Assembly (NCBI GenBank): GCA_026706565.1
Contig: JAPOYM010000071.1
Location: forward strand, 1-62,142
Direction: 5' to 3'
Origin: a bacterium
GTDB taxonomy: Bacteria; Actinomycetota; Acidimicrobiia; Acidimicrobiales; CATQHL01
Length of the DNA: 62,142 bases
Shown: positions 50,523 to 58,873 of the stretch, one piece after another
Numbering within the stretch: the first letter of the stretch is position 1
Layout: every line of letters begins with the position of its first letter
Position numbers and translations under genes: made by a program
Notes under the pieces: model-generated
The model's database searches: none
Seen by the model: only the letters and a program-made list of their open reading frames with translations
What the model was told of the DNA's origin: nothing

Positions 50523-53099
50523 TTATAGGGTTGGCTCAGCCATCTCCGCAGTACCACCGTGAGGGGCACTACCACGTTCCAGGTTCAAAACCCAAGCACC
50601 GACATCAGCGCGCGGCTGCGCTATTTCATCTCGCTGGTCATGCCATTGATGCATGTCCCCACTAGCAGACCCATGAGAGCCACTATCAGGCAACCCATCT
50701 GTTTCTTCCGCTGTCGCGTCTTCGGGAAGCCATCGTCCATAGTCGGACTTACTCCACTCTATCAAATAATTCAAGGGGTGTGGGGGATTCGGGCGTGGGA
50801 TCTCACTAATCTCAGCGTCCAGGCTCTCCAAGTAATTGCCCACACGCACTCCCTTAGGTTCCCATGGACGCGCGCCCCAGACCATATCGAAACCAAGACC
50901 GCTAACGCCAAGACCCTCAAGTCCCGCGTCGAGTCCCGCCTTTATCAAGCCGCCAAGCGTCGTGCTTGGAATCCAATTCCCGTCAACTTCGTTAAATGCC
51001 GCCGCCACCCACTCAAGGACATGCCCCTTAGCCTCCTCGCTGTTCCACCAGTCTCTCGCCGCAATCTCGCCGAATCGTGCCCTGTGCGCTTCAAGCCAAG
51101 ACGAAGCGCCTTCCCATCGAATTCGACCCTGCGGAGGTTCAACTTCATGGCGACTCTTCTTGACTCCAACATCTAGTCCACTCAGGTATTTGTGAAGAGC
51201 CTTGCCGCTCCCCGGCTTATCCCATGGCGGTTCGAATGGCGCCGAGCCAGAGCGACTACGATTAAGCGACTCTAATTTATGACGCAGGCTCTTGCCGAGC
51301 TCTCCGGGAGCAACCCCTTCGCTGGCATCTCTGCCTTGGAATTCCATGGCAAGCCAATATAGTATCCAGTCGCCACGCGGTATCCCAAGCCATTGTTCTT
51401 CACCTGGCTCGTCAGATCCCTCGTACATTAGATCCGCTGAAGCGGTCGAGTTCTCGCCGCCCTCCTTCGTTTTGGCGGTTACGGAATGCGATAGCGACTG
51501 ATCTGATACTGATTCCATTCTCGAGTATTCCGACGTTGCTTCGCGTGGATATAGTTTGCCCTCTTCGGATGTCGTAATCCCAGACAGTTCGGAAGGCCTA
51601 TTCGACCTCAGTGCCTCCTTATCAGCAGTCCCGGCAATATCAGACTTGTCTTTGGAGGCGTCGTGCTCCGGCTGTGCTCCACTTTCGCCACTCGTAACGC
51701 GAATCACTACCTCGGAGGCGTCGCGCGGCAGGTAGCCTCTCAATGGCTCCTCGCTCATAGGAAACTTATTCAACTCACGCTCAAGGAATTCCTTCATGTC
51801 GTTTTCGATGTCGGTCCTAACGTGTTTGTGCTTTTCATGACCGGTAAGGTCATCGGCCGGCGTTATCTGGATCGTGAGCTGATTGCCCTTATCCATCCCC
51901 GTCCCCTCCACAAATTTGACGCCGTATGCCTTGACTCGCTTATGCTTCTCCATGTGAGACTGCTGGTCTTTGATGTACTCGAAGTAGCCGCTAACATCGT
52001 CAGGGATCTTGCCAACAAATTCGTCGAACCACCTAACGTAGATATCGATCATTGAGTTAAGGTCGTTATGTTTTCCCAACATTTCGAGGATCATCTTGCT
52101 GTGGGCAGTAGCTTGATCTAGTTCAGCTGGATTATCAGCCGGACGCGTAAGTAGTTCCCGGACCATGCAGACGCGGAACTGAGCGCGACGCGTGTCCAGG
52201 TCGTCGCGGGTTCGGTGTTCACCCAGATCTACGGCGTCGGCGAGTCGAAGAATCGCCAGTAGTGTCTGAAAGGGCTTATAGTCGGCACCGCCGTGCTGAT
52301 TTTGAACACTTGCAACGTGCGTTTTCCAATCGTCGTGGAGTGAGTTTACTGTGAGCTTATATTGTACGACCAAGTTATGCGGTTTGACGTTTACATTCGA
52401 CCACCAACCCGCTGTGCTGCTAGGGCTCTTGTGTACTGCGTGAGGCGACAGCTTATCGTCTTCGTAGGTGATGTAATGCTCGCTACTACAGGAAGTCCAT
52501 CCTTGATGATGGGCACATAAAATGCCTGCGGGTACAGTTATCTCGTCTGCGTCTATTGGTATCGGACTTCCAGAAGAGCGTATCTCGAAGTTGTCAATGC
52601 CGTGAAGACTCTTCCAGTTAGGATTGAGCCAACTTTGCGATAGAAGTCCATGAAGTCGACGCACTTGGATCGAATGTGAAATCCAGCGTAGTTGCTTATC
52701 CTCTCCCTTTAGCACGCCGCCGCAATGGCCCCAGTCATGCAGCCACGAGGCCACTGACAGCCATACTAACTCAATGGGTTTGAAGTGGAGCTTTTTCCCT
52801 GGCTGCCAGTGCGGCTCAACAATCTCTGCCGCTAGGCGTTCTACGGACTTTGCGTGCTCCTCGTCGTGCGCAACTAACTCTGGGGCTAAGTTAACTGACC
52901 AGAGATTATTGTCGTGCCAAGTTTGGAGCCATTGGTCAAGCATCTCTGCGTAGGTTCGCAGTTCCGCGACGGTTGTGGCGGAGTCTTTGTCGCCGTCATC
53001 ACGGAGTCGGTCCGCGTTCTTGCTAAACAAGCGGGCAAACGCTGATCTGGGAGCGTCAACACGTTTGGATAAGTGTTGTTCCTTGGAGTGCTCAGACAT
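50523..53099 (-). CDS. HD-domain protein (N-terminal HD phosphohydrolase-like domain, long unknown middle, repeated C-terminal module)
   Basis: HDEEHAKSV, WLHDWGH, CAHHQGW and LRLADAVDLGEHR give an HD-superfamily pattern. 858 aa in an AT-richer segment. Confidence 0.7.
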   Translation of the reverse strand: MSEHSKEQHLSKRVDAPRSAFARLFSKNADRLRDDGDKDSATTVAELRTYAEMLDQWLQTWHDNNLWSVNLAPELVAHDEEHAKSVERLAAEIVEPHWQPGKKLHFKPIELVWLSVASWLHDWGHCGGVLKGEDKQLRWISHSIQVRRLHGLLSQSWLNPNWKSLHGIDNFEIRSSGSPIPIDADEITVPAGILCAHHQGWTSCSSEHYITYEDDKLSPHAVHKSPSSTAGWWSNVNVKPHNLVVQYKLTVNSLHDDWKTHVASVQNQHGGADYKPFQTLLAILRLADAVDLGEHRTRDDLDTRRAQFRVCMVRELLTRPADNPAELDQATAHSKMILEMLGKHNDLNSMIDIYVRWFDEFVGKIPDDVSGYFEYIKDQQSHMEKHKRVKAYGVKFVEGTGMDKGNQLTIQITPADDLTGHEKHKHVRTDIENDMKEFLERELNKFPMSEEPLRGYLPRDASEVVIRVTSGESGAQPEHDASKDKSDIAGTADKEALRSNRPSELSGITTSEEGKLYPREATSEYSRMESVSDQSLSHSVTAKTKEGGENSTASADLMYEGSDEPGEEQWLGIPRGDWILYWLAMEFQGRDASEGVAPGELGKSLRHKLESLNRSRSGSAPFEPPWDKPGSGKALHKYLSGLDVGVKKSRHEVEPPQGRIRWEGASSWLEAHRARFGEIAARDWWNSEEAKGHVLEWVAAAFNEVDGNWIPSTTLGGLIKAGLDAGLEGLGVSGLGFDMVWGARPWEPKGVRVGNYLESLDAEISEIPRPNPPHPLNYLIEWSKSDYGRWLPEDATAEETDGLPDSGSHGSASGDMHQWHDQRDEIAQPRADVGAWVLNLERGSAPHGGTAEMAEPTL

Positions 53100-53145
53100 G
53101 ACCGTTCGGCTTGGGGTCGCGGCGAATTTCGGCGTCCGTAACTAA

Positions 53146-53161
53146 CACAACTTCAGTTGTG
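53146..53161. promoter_or_regulatory. 7-2-7 perfect palindrome CACAACT-TC-AGTTGTG upstream of the HD gene
   Basis: It lies inside a possible reverse-strand promoter (TTGACG-17 nt-TTAGTT), between the HD gene start and the Xis-like gene end. Confidence 0.25.
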
Positions 53162-53186
53162 CCGTCAACCTGGAGGCGCGACCCGA

Positions 53187-53387
53187 TCAGTCGGTGGGGC
53201 GTTGGTTGCGGGAGGCGCGGTAGTCGTCGACCCAGATGCGGGAGCTGCGCCATTGGCCGTCGGCGCCGCGGTGGGCTTGGAGGCGGCCGCGTTGCGCGGC
53301 GGCCTGCAGGGCGGCGACTGAGAGGTCTGCTGCGGCGAGGGCACTCAGGGGCACGAGTCTTGCGGGTCCGGCGACGGCGGGCAGCAC
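53187..53387 (-). CDS. excisionase/MerR-type helix-turn-helix DNA-binding protein (Xis-like)
   Basis: 66 aa. LVPLSALAAADLSVAALQAAAQRGRLQAHRGADGQWRSSRIWVDDY resembles the excisionase-family HTH pattern (...G.L.a.r.Gg.Wri....ld.w). Confidence 0.45.
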   Translation of the reverse strand: MLPAVAGPARLVPLSALAAADLSVAALQAAAQRGRLQAHRGADGQWRSSRIWVDDYRASRNQRPTD

Positions 53388-53589
53388 GAACCGGTAGAGG
53401 CTGCCGAGGACGGCTCGGGCGATCAGTTCGCCGAGCGGTCCCGGCTCGCCGGCGTCGGCGGACCGCTCACAGTGGCCAGTCCGCCTCGTCGGCGGCGTCG
53501 AACAGTCGCAGCTCCAGAGGCTCAGAACTCAGGCCGAACCCGAGGACCGAACTGCGGCCCGCCTCGGGCGGGGTGCGATACTTGGGGCC

Positions 53590-55188
53590 GTGCGGTTCTT
53601 CAACACGGCGGGCCCCATCAAGCCGGACTGGCACTACTGCATCCCGCCGCTTGAACGCCTCGACGCCGACAACGTCCTCGGGCTGATCGGCCAGGGCAAG
53701 TACTTCGTGCTGCACGCGCCCCGCCAGACGGGCAAAACCTCCATCCTGCTGGCGCTGCGAGACCAGCTGAACGCCGACGGTGCCTACCGCTGCGTCTACG
53801 TGAACGTCGAGGTCGGCCAGGCCGCCCGGGAGGACGCAGCGTCGGCGATGCGGGCGATTCTGAGTCAGCTTGCCCGCGAGGCGGAAGTCGGTCTGGGCGA
53901 TTCGGCGGTCCAGGAGACGTGGACGGAGGCGCTGGACCGCTCCGGGCCGCACGATGCCCTGCAAGCAGTGCTGGCGCGCTGGACGTCGTCGGATCCTCGA
54001 CCGTCGGTGCTGCTGATCGACGAGATCGACGCTCTCGTGGGTGACACCCTGATCTCCGTGCTGCGGCAGTTGCGCTCCGGCTACGCCAACCGCCCGCGGC
54101 ATTTCCCACAGAGCGTGATCCTGTGCGGCGTGCGGGACGTGCGCGACTACCGCATCAGAGCGAGTTCCGAGCGGGAGATGATCACCGGCGGCAGCGCCTT
54201 CAACATCAAGGCGGAGTCTCTGCGCCTCGGCGACTTCTCCGCCGCGCAAACCGAGAGTCTGCTCGCCCAGCACACCGACGAGACGGGCCAGCGATGGACC
54301 TCAGGCGCCCGCGCCGAAGTGTGGAGGCTGACCGCCGGCCAGCCCTGGCTCGTGAACGCGCTGGCCTACCGGGCCGCCGAGGCGATCTCGGACCACGACC
54401 GGCCGATCGGCGCCGAGGCGATCAGCGAGGCGCGCGAGCGGCTGATAGCCGGCCGCGAGACCCATCTGGACCAACTCGCCGACAAGCTCGCCGAGCCGCG
54501 GGTCCGGCGGGTCGTGGAGCCGTTGCTGAGCGGTCGCCTCGAGACCGAATCCGAGCGGATTCCCGTCGACGACCTGCAGTACGTGGCGGATCTGGGATTG
54601 GTGCGCACAGACGGCGGGGTGCGCATCGCCAACCCGATCTACGCCGAGGTGATCCCCCGAGAGCTCACCTGGACCACCCAGGTGATGCTCCCGTTCGAGG
54701 GGGCGTGGTACCTCCAGGACGGCGACCTTCGGGTGGACCGGCTGCTGGAGGCGTTCCAAGACTTCTTCCGGGAGCATTCCGAGCACTGGGTGCAGCGCTT
54801 CGAGTACCGGGAGGCCGGTCCGCAATTGCTGTTGCAGGCGTTCCTTCAGCGTGTGGTCAACGCGGGCGGGCGCATCGAGCGGGAGTACGGACTGGGACGG
54901 ATGCGCACCGACCTGCTGGTGCTCTGGCCGGCGGGCGAGGCGGGGGAGGCCGCCGCCGGTCGCCGGTCGCTCAGCCGCACCGTCGTGGAGTGCAAGCTGC
55001 TGTACGGGGGCCTTGAGCGGACCACACGGGAAGGTTTGGCGCAGACACGGGCCTACATGGACCGTTGCGGCGCCACCGAGGGCCACCTCGTGATCTTCGA
55101 CCGGTCCGAGGACCGAACCTGGGACGAGAAGATCTATCGGCGCACCGTCACGGCCGACGGCCCGCCCGTGACCGTCTGGGGCATGTGA
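53590..55188 (+). CDS. AAA-ATPase-like protein with C-terminal PD-(D/E)xK nuclease-like domain
   Basis: MRFFNTAGPIKPDWHYCIPP N-terminus, Walker A APRQTGKTS, Walker B LLIDEID, and a C-terminal D...ECK motif (RTDLLVLW...VVECKLL). Confidence 0.7.
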   Translation: MRFFNTAGPIKPDWHYCIPPLERLDADNVLGLIGQGKYFVLHAPRQTGKTSILLALRDQLNADGAYRCVYVNVEVGQAAREDAASAMRAILSQLAREAEVGLGDSAVQETWTEALDRSGPHDALQAVLARWTSSDPRPSVLLIDEIDALVGDTLISVLRQLRSGYANRPRHFPQSVILCGVRDVRDYRIRASSEREMITGGSAFNIKAESLRLGDFSAAQTESLLAQHTDETGQRWTSGARAEVWRLTAGQPWLVNALAYRAAEAISDHDRPIGAEAISEARERLIAGRETHLDQLADKLAEPRVRRVVEPLLSGRLETESERIPVDDLQYVADLGLVRTDGGVRIANPIYAEVIPRELTWTTQVMLPFEGAWYLQDGDLRVDRLLEAFQDFFREHSEHWVQRFEYREAGPQLLLQAFLQRVVNAGGRIEREYGLGRMRTDLLVLWPAGEAGEAAAGRRSLSRTVVECKLLYGGLERTTREGLAQTRAYMDRCGATEGHLVIFDRSEDRTWDEKIYRRTVTADGPPVTVWGM

Positions 55189-55290
55189 CAGCCGACCCGC
55201 CCGGGCCAGCCGGCGGACGTGCGGGTCCGCCCGCGGGGCCGCAACGCCGAGCCTCCTCGGATCGAGGCCGGGAGCGAGAGGCAGCGCGGG

Positions 55291-56553
55291 TCAAGGGCCG
55301 AGCAGGGCCGCAGGAATCACGGCGATGCCGTCGCTTCGTCTGTAAGCCTCCGAGCCGGTGGAGATGACCGCGGCGCCGAGCAACTGCGGCCCGATCTCTC
55401 CGGCGAGCCAGCGGAGGTGCTCAACGTCGTCGCTCCTGATCGCAGAAGCCAGTTTCACCTCCAGCGCGACGATCGCCCCGTCGGCGCGTTCGACGATCAG
55501 GTCGACCTCGCGACGACCTCCATGGGTTCGCAGATGAGAGACGCGGGCACCGCAGGCCTGGGCGTAGACGCGCACCGACAGCGTTATGAGCGACTCGAAA
55601 AGGGCGCCGAGCAACAGCCCGTTCCCTACGTGAGTTCTGCGGCCAGCCAGAAGTCCGTCGACGCTGACACCGAGCAGTCGGGCCGCGATAGCTGGATCGG
55701 CCAACTGATGAACCGGCGAGGACGCTAGCGATCTCAGCCGGCTCCGTGTCGGCGTCCAGGCAGGCACCTCCTCGATCATCCAGAGACCCTCGAGCGCGGC
55801 CCTATAGGGGACGGTCGTCGTGCGGGCAGGCTTGTCGGCCTCACCCGCCGACGCCGCGTCCCGGATTTTCTCATACGAGGCGGTCGTGGATGTGGCTGCG
55901 GCGTACGCGGTCAACCATCTCCGCAGACCGCCGCGATCTCGGAACGTCCGCCCGAGACCGTGGATCTCGTGCTCCACGAGGCGATCAACGTAACCGTCGA
56001 GAAGTCCGAGTCTCACCTTGTCCGGCTGGAGGCGAAGCCCCGGGAACCCGGAACGGCAAATCTCCTCGGCGTAGCTCTCTAGGCCGAGTCGCGTGGCGCC
56101 CGCGAGGCGCGGCCGGGCGCCGCTGAGGAGATCTCCGAGACTCACCGTCGGCTCCTCGAGGCCCCGCTCGGCCAGGGCCATAGGGCGCATCCGCACAGTG
56201 ATGATCCGGCCCGCCCCGGTGTGCGTGGGAGCGTCGGCAGGCGCCGCCGACCCGGTCAGCAGGAATCGCGACGTCGTTGGGTGGGCGTCGACGGCTCGGC
56301 GGACCAAGTCCCATGTGTCGGGCAGACGCTGCCATTCGTCGATCAGTACCGGTGGCTCGCCCGCGGTGGCCCGGCGAGGCGCTGCTCGCAGCACCGCCCG
56401 CTGATCGGGATCGTCGAGACGGTGGACCGTGCGTGCCCTGCGCAGCGCGGTCTCTGTCTTGCCGACCCCTCGAGGCCCCTCGATGGCAAGCGCCGGCGCC
56501 TCGGCCAGTTCATCGAGTTCGGAGTCGACGATCCGGGGAAGATACGTCACCAC
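55291..56553 (-). CDS. ATP-binding protein, AAA_14/DUF4143 type (paralogue of 31029..32306)
   Basis: Walker A GPRGVGKT, DEWQ, RMRPM, and a C-terminal EVDLIVE...EVK nuclease-like end. Confidence 0.75.
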   Translation of the reverse strand: MVTYLPRIVDSELDELAEAPALAIEGPRGVGKTETALRRARTVHRLDDPDQRAVLRAAPRRATAGEPPVLIDEWQRLPDTWDLVRRAVDAHPTTSRFLLTGSAAPADAPTHTGAGRIITVRMRPMALAERGLEEPTVSLGDLLSGARPRLAGATRLGLESYAEEICRSGFPGLRLQPDKVRLGLLDGYVDRLVEHEIHGLGRTFRDRGGLRRWLTAYAAATSTTASYEKIRDAASAGEADKPARTTTVPYRAALEGLWMIEEVPAWTPTRSRLRSLASSPVHQLADPAIAARLLGVSVDGLLAGRRTHVGNGLLLGALFESLITLSVRVYAQACGARVSHLRTHGGRREVDLIVERADGAIVALEVKLASAIRSDDVEHLRWLAGEIGPQLLGAAVISTGSEAYRRSDGIAVIPAALLGP

Positions 56554-56617
56554 TCAGCGAATGCTACAGTTTCAACCGAACTAATGCTGCAATGTCATCA
56601 TCCTCAGGACTACAGAA

Positions 56618-56925
56618 TCGCTGTTGTCAACCCCGGCGACCGTGGCGATCGCGGCGCAGAAACCACCGGCCCGCTCCTCGACGCGCCGACGGCATCGCTG
56701 TTGTCAACCCCGGCGACCGTGGCGATCGCGGCGCAGAAACCACCGGCCCGCTCCTCGACGCGCCGACGGCATCGCTGTTGTCAACCCCGGCGACCGTGGC
56801 GATCGCGGCGCAGAAACCACCGGCCCGCTCCTCGACGCGCCGACGGCATCGCTGTTGTCAACCCCGGCGACCGTGGCGATCGCGGCGCAGAAACCACCGG
56901 CCCGCTCCTCGACGCGCCGACGGCG
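56618..56925. repeat. 77-bp tandem repeat x4
   Basis: Units start at 56618, 56695, 56772 and 56849 and are near-identical. Each contains GGCGATCGCGGC and, on the reverse strand, TTGACA. Confidence 0.9.
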
Positions 56926-56942
56926 GGGGTTCGGGAGTGCCG

Positions 56943-57443
56943 TTACAGCGGCTCTCCGGCCAGCCAGCGGGCGAGGGCCTTGGTTGAGTCGGCGATCTCG
57001 TCGGTCGAGGTGTACCAGTAGTCCTCCCAGCCGTGCTCCGGGAGGCCTGTGAACAGCATGAGGTTGAGGGGGTACGTGTCGCTGTCGGCGCAGCGGCGGA
57101 AATCGTCGCGGAACAGGAACGTGGGCTTGCCCCAAGCGATGGCCATGCCCAACTCCACCATGACGCCCTCGTCGGGCGGGCAGCCGTTCACCACCGCGAA
57201 GATGCCGTCGGAGTCGCGCACCAGCTGGGTGTCCTTCCGTCCGATCTTGTAGGCCCAGCCGGGCTCACGCGCCCAGCCCTCCTGATCGCCGAGGGCGAAC
57301 GGCTCCCACGGCTCGGCGCCGACGGCTTCCAGGGCCCCGACCAACTCTTGGAGGGGCCCGGCCCGCTGCGGCGGCGAGAACCCATAAGGGTTCGCCAAGT
57401 AAAGAGTCTTGCGCCTGCTCACCGCTTCTGCCGGTCCGCTCAT
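56943..57443 (-). CDS. nucleoside 2-deoxyribosyltransferase family protein
   Basis: LYLANPYGF and DEGVMVELGMAIAWGKP motifs. The ATG at 57443 is preferred over 57494. Confidence 0.7.
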   Translation of the reverse strand: MSGPAEAVSRRKTLYLANPYGFSPPQRAGPLQELVGALEAVGAEPWEPFALGDQEGWAREPGWAYKIGRKDTQLVRDSDGIFAVVNGCPPDEGVMVELGMAIAWGKPTFLFRDDFRRCADSDTYPLNLMLFTGLPEHGWEDYWYTSTDEIADSTKALARWLAGEPL

Positions 57444-57520
57444 CGGGCGATCGTACCGCGGCGCAGCCCGGCGCACGACCGGATACCACGCCACCTTCGA
57501 GGGAGGGCGACCGATGACCG

Positions 57521-57590
57521 GGCGTCAGCCCGGGCGCTGGGGGCTCGGCGGGGCGTCAGCCCGGGCGCTGGGGGCTCGGCGGGGCGTGGT
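57521..57590. repeat. 31-bp tandem duplication (about 2.2 copies) covering the lysC stop codon
   Basis: Units GGCGTCAGCCCGGGCGCTGGGGGCTCGGCGG at 57521 and 57552. Confidence 0.8.
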
Positions 57591-58059
57591 CAAGGCCGAA
57601 GGCGTCGTGGAGGACAGACACCGCCCGCATCACGTCGGCCTCCCCGACGACGCAGGAGATCCGGATGGCGGAGGTGGAGATCATCTCGATGTTGATCCCC
57701 GCGGCGCCGAGGGTCTCGAACATCGTGGCGGCCACTCCGGGATTCGTCTTCATCCCCGCCCCGACGAGGCTGACGCGGGCGACGGCGACGTCCGAGGTGA
57801 CCGCCCCCGCCCCGATCTCGCCCGCCAGCGACTGGGCCACCGAGGTGCTGTCGCCGAGTTGGCCGCGGGGCACCGTGAAGGAGATGTCGGTGACGCCGTC
57901 CGCCGAGACGTTCTGCACGATCATGTCGACGTTCACGTCGAGCTCGGCGAGGCGGCGGAACAGCGCGCCGGCGATACCCGGGCGGTCGGGCACACCGGGC
58001 ACGGTGATCTTCGCCTCCGAGATGTCGTGGGTGACGGCCGAGACGATGGCCTGCTCCAT
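57556..58059 (-). CDS. lysC: aspartate kinase beta subunit (nested in-frame ORF)
   Basis: An internal ATG at 58059 is preceded by GAGGAGGA 7 nt upstream. Its product starts MEQAIVSAVTHDISEAKITV, as with the nested beta subunit known in Corynebacterium and Mycobacterium. Confidence 0.55.
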   Translation of the reverse strand: MEQAIVSAVTHDISEAKITVPGVPDRPGIAGALFRRLAELDVNVDMIVQNVSADGVTDISFTVPRGQLGDSTSVAQSLAGEIGAGAVTSDVAVARVSLVGAGMKTNPGVAATMFETLGAAGINIEMISTSAIRISCVVGEADVMRAVSVLHDAFGLDHAPPSPQRPG

Positions 58060-58812
58060 AGTGGGATCCTCCTCGTCGATCCAGGTGCCCGGCTCCCAGG
58101 TGAACGCTGAGCGCACATGCAGCCGCACGCGCCGGGCGCGGGCCACCTCCACCGAGCGCATCGCCGGCTTGGGGCAGCCCGTGGCGGTCATCTCCAGCAT
58201 CTCGTCGTAGGACAAGCGCCCGATCCTGCGGGCTGTCGGCACCACCCGGGGGTCGGCGGTGAACACGCCCGACACGTCGGTGTAGAGCTCGCAGGCCGCC
58301 GCGCCGAGCACATGCGCCAGCGCCACGGCCGTGGTGTCGGAACCGCCGCGGCCCAAGAACGTGACGTCGCCCTGGGCCGAGACACCCTGCGAGCCGGCCA
58401 CCACCGGCACTCGCCCCTCGGACAGAGCCGTCCGCACCCGCTCCGGTCTGATCTCGGTGATTCGTGCGTTCTGATGGGTGGCGTCGGTGATGAAGCCCGC
58501 CTGGCTGCCGGTCAGCGAATCGGCCGGAACGCCGCGGTCGGCCAGCGCCATGCACATCAGCGCAGTGGCCTTGCGCTCGCCGGCGGTGATGAGCATGTCC
58601 ATCTCGCGGCCGGGCCGGCGGTCGGCCACCGCAGCCGCGAGCCGCAACAGCTCGTCGGTCTCGCTGCCCATGGCGCTGACCACCAAGACGACGTCGTCGC
58701 CCTGCAGACGACGGACGCGCACCTGCTCGGCCACCTCCCGCATGCGCTCGGGGGTGGCTACTGAGGTTCCGCCGAACTTCTGGACGCACAGCGCCGCCCG
58801 CTGGAGGCTCAT
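57556..58812 (-). CDS. lysC: aspartate kinase (alpha subunit)
   Basis: VQKFGGTSV, VVVSAMG.TD, and two C-terminal ACT domains. 418 aa from the ATG at 58812. Confidence 0.9.
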   Translation of the reverse strand: MSLQRAALCVQKFGGTSVATPERMREVAEQVRVRRLQGDDVVLVVSAMGSETDELLRLAAAVADRRPGREMDMLITAGERKATALMCMALADRGVPADSLTGSQAGFITDATHQNARITEIRPERVRTALSEGRVPVVAGSQGVSAQGDVTFLGRGGSDTTAVALAHVLGAAACELYTDVSGVFTADPRVVPTARRIGRLSYDEMLEMTATGCPKPAMRSVEVARARRVRLHVRSAFTWEPGTWIDEEDPTMEQAIVSAVTHDISEAKITVPGVPDRPGIAGALFRRLAELDVNVDMIVQNVSADGVTDISFTVPRGQLGDSTSVAQSLAGEIGAGAVTSDVAVARVSLVGAGMKTNPGVAATMFETLGAAGINIEMISTSAIRISCVVGEADVMRAVSVLHDAFGLDHAPPSPQRPG

Positions 58813-58873
58813 CGCCGCCAACCTAACGCCGCCGAGCGTCAGGTTGCGCCCCCGGGGGCGGTAGCTTCTAGTG

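Noticed and set aside
56618-56925. Possible CRISPR array (regular repeats)
   Set aside because: The whole 77-bp period is repeated near-identically and there are no unique spacers between conserved repeats. No cas genes are nearby. It is a plain tandem repeat.
34563-56942. Calling the whole 34.6-56.9 kb stretch an integrative mobile element
   Set aside because: No integrase or recombinase, tRNA target, or flanking att-type direct repeats were seen. Most of it has host-like GC. Only the 49.8-53.2 kb cassette looks compositionally foreign.
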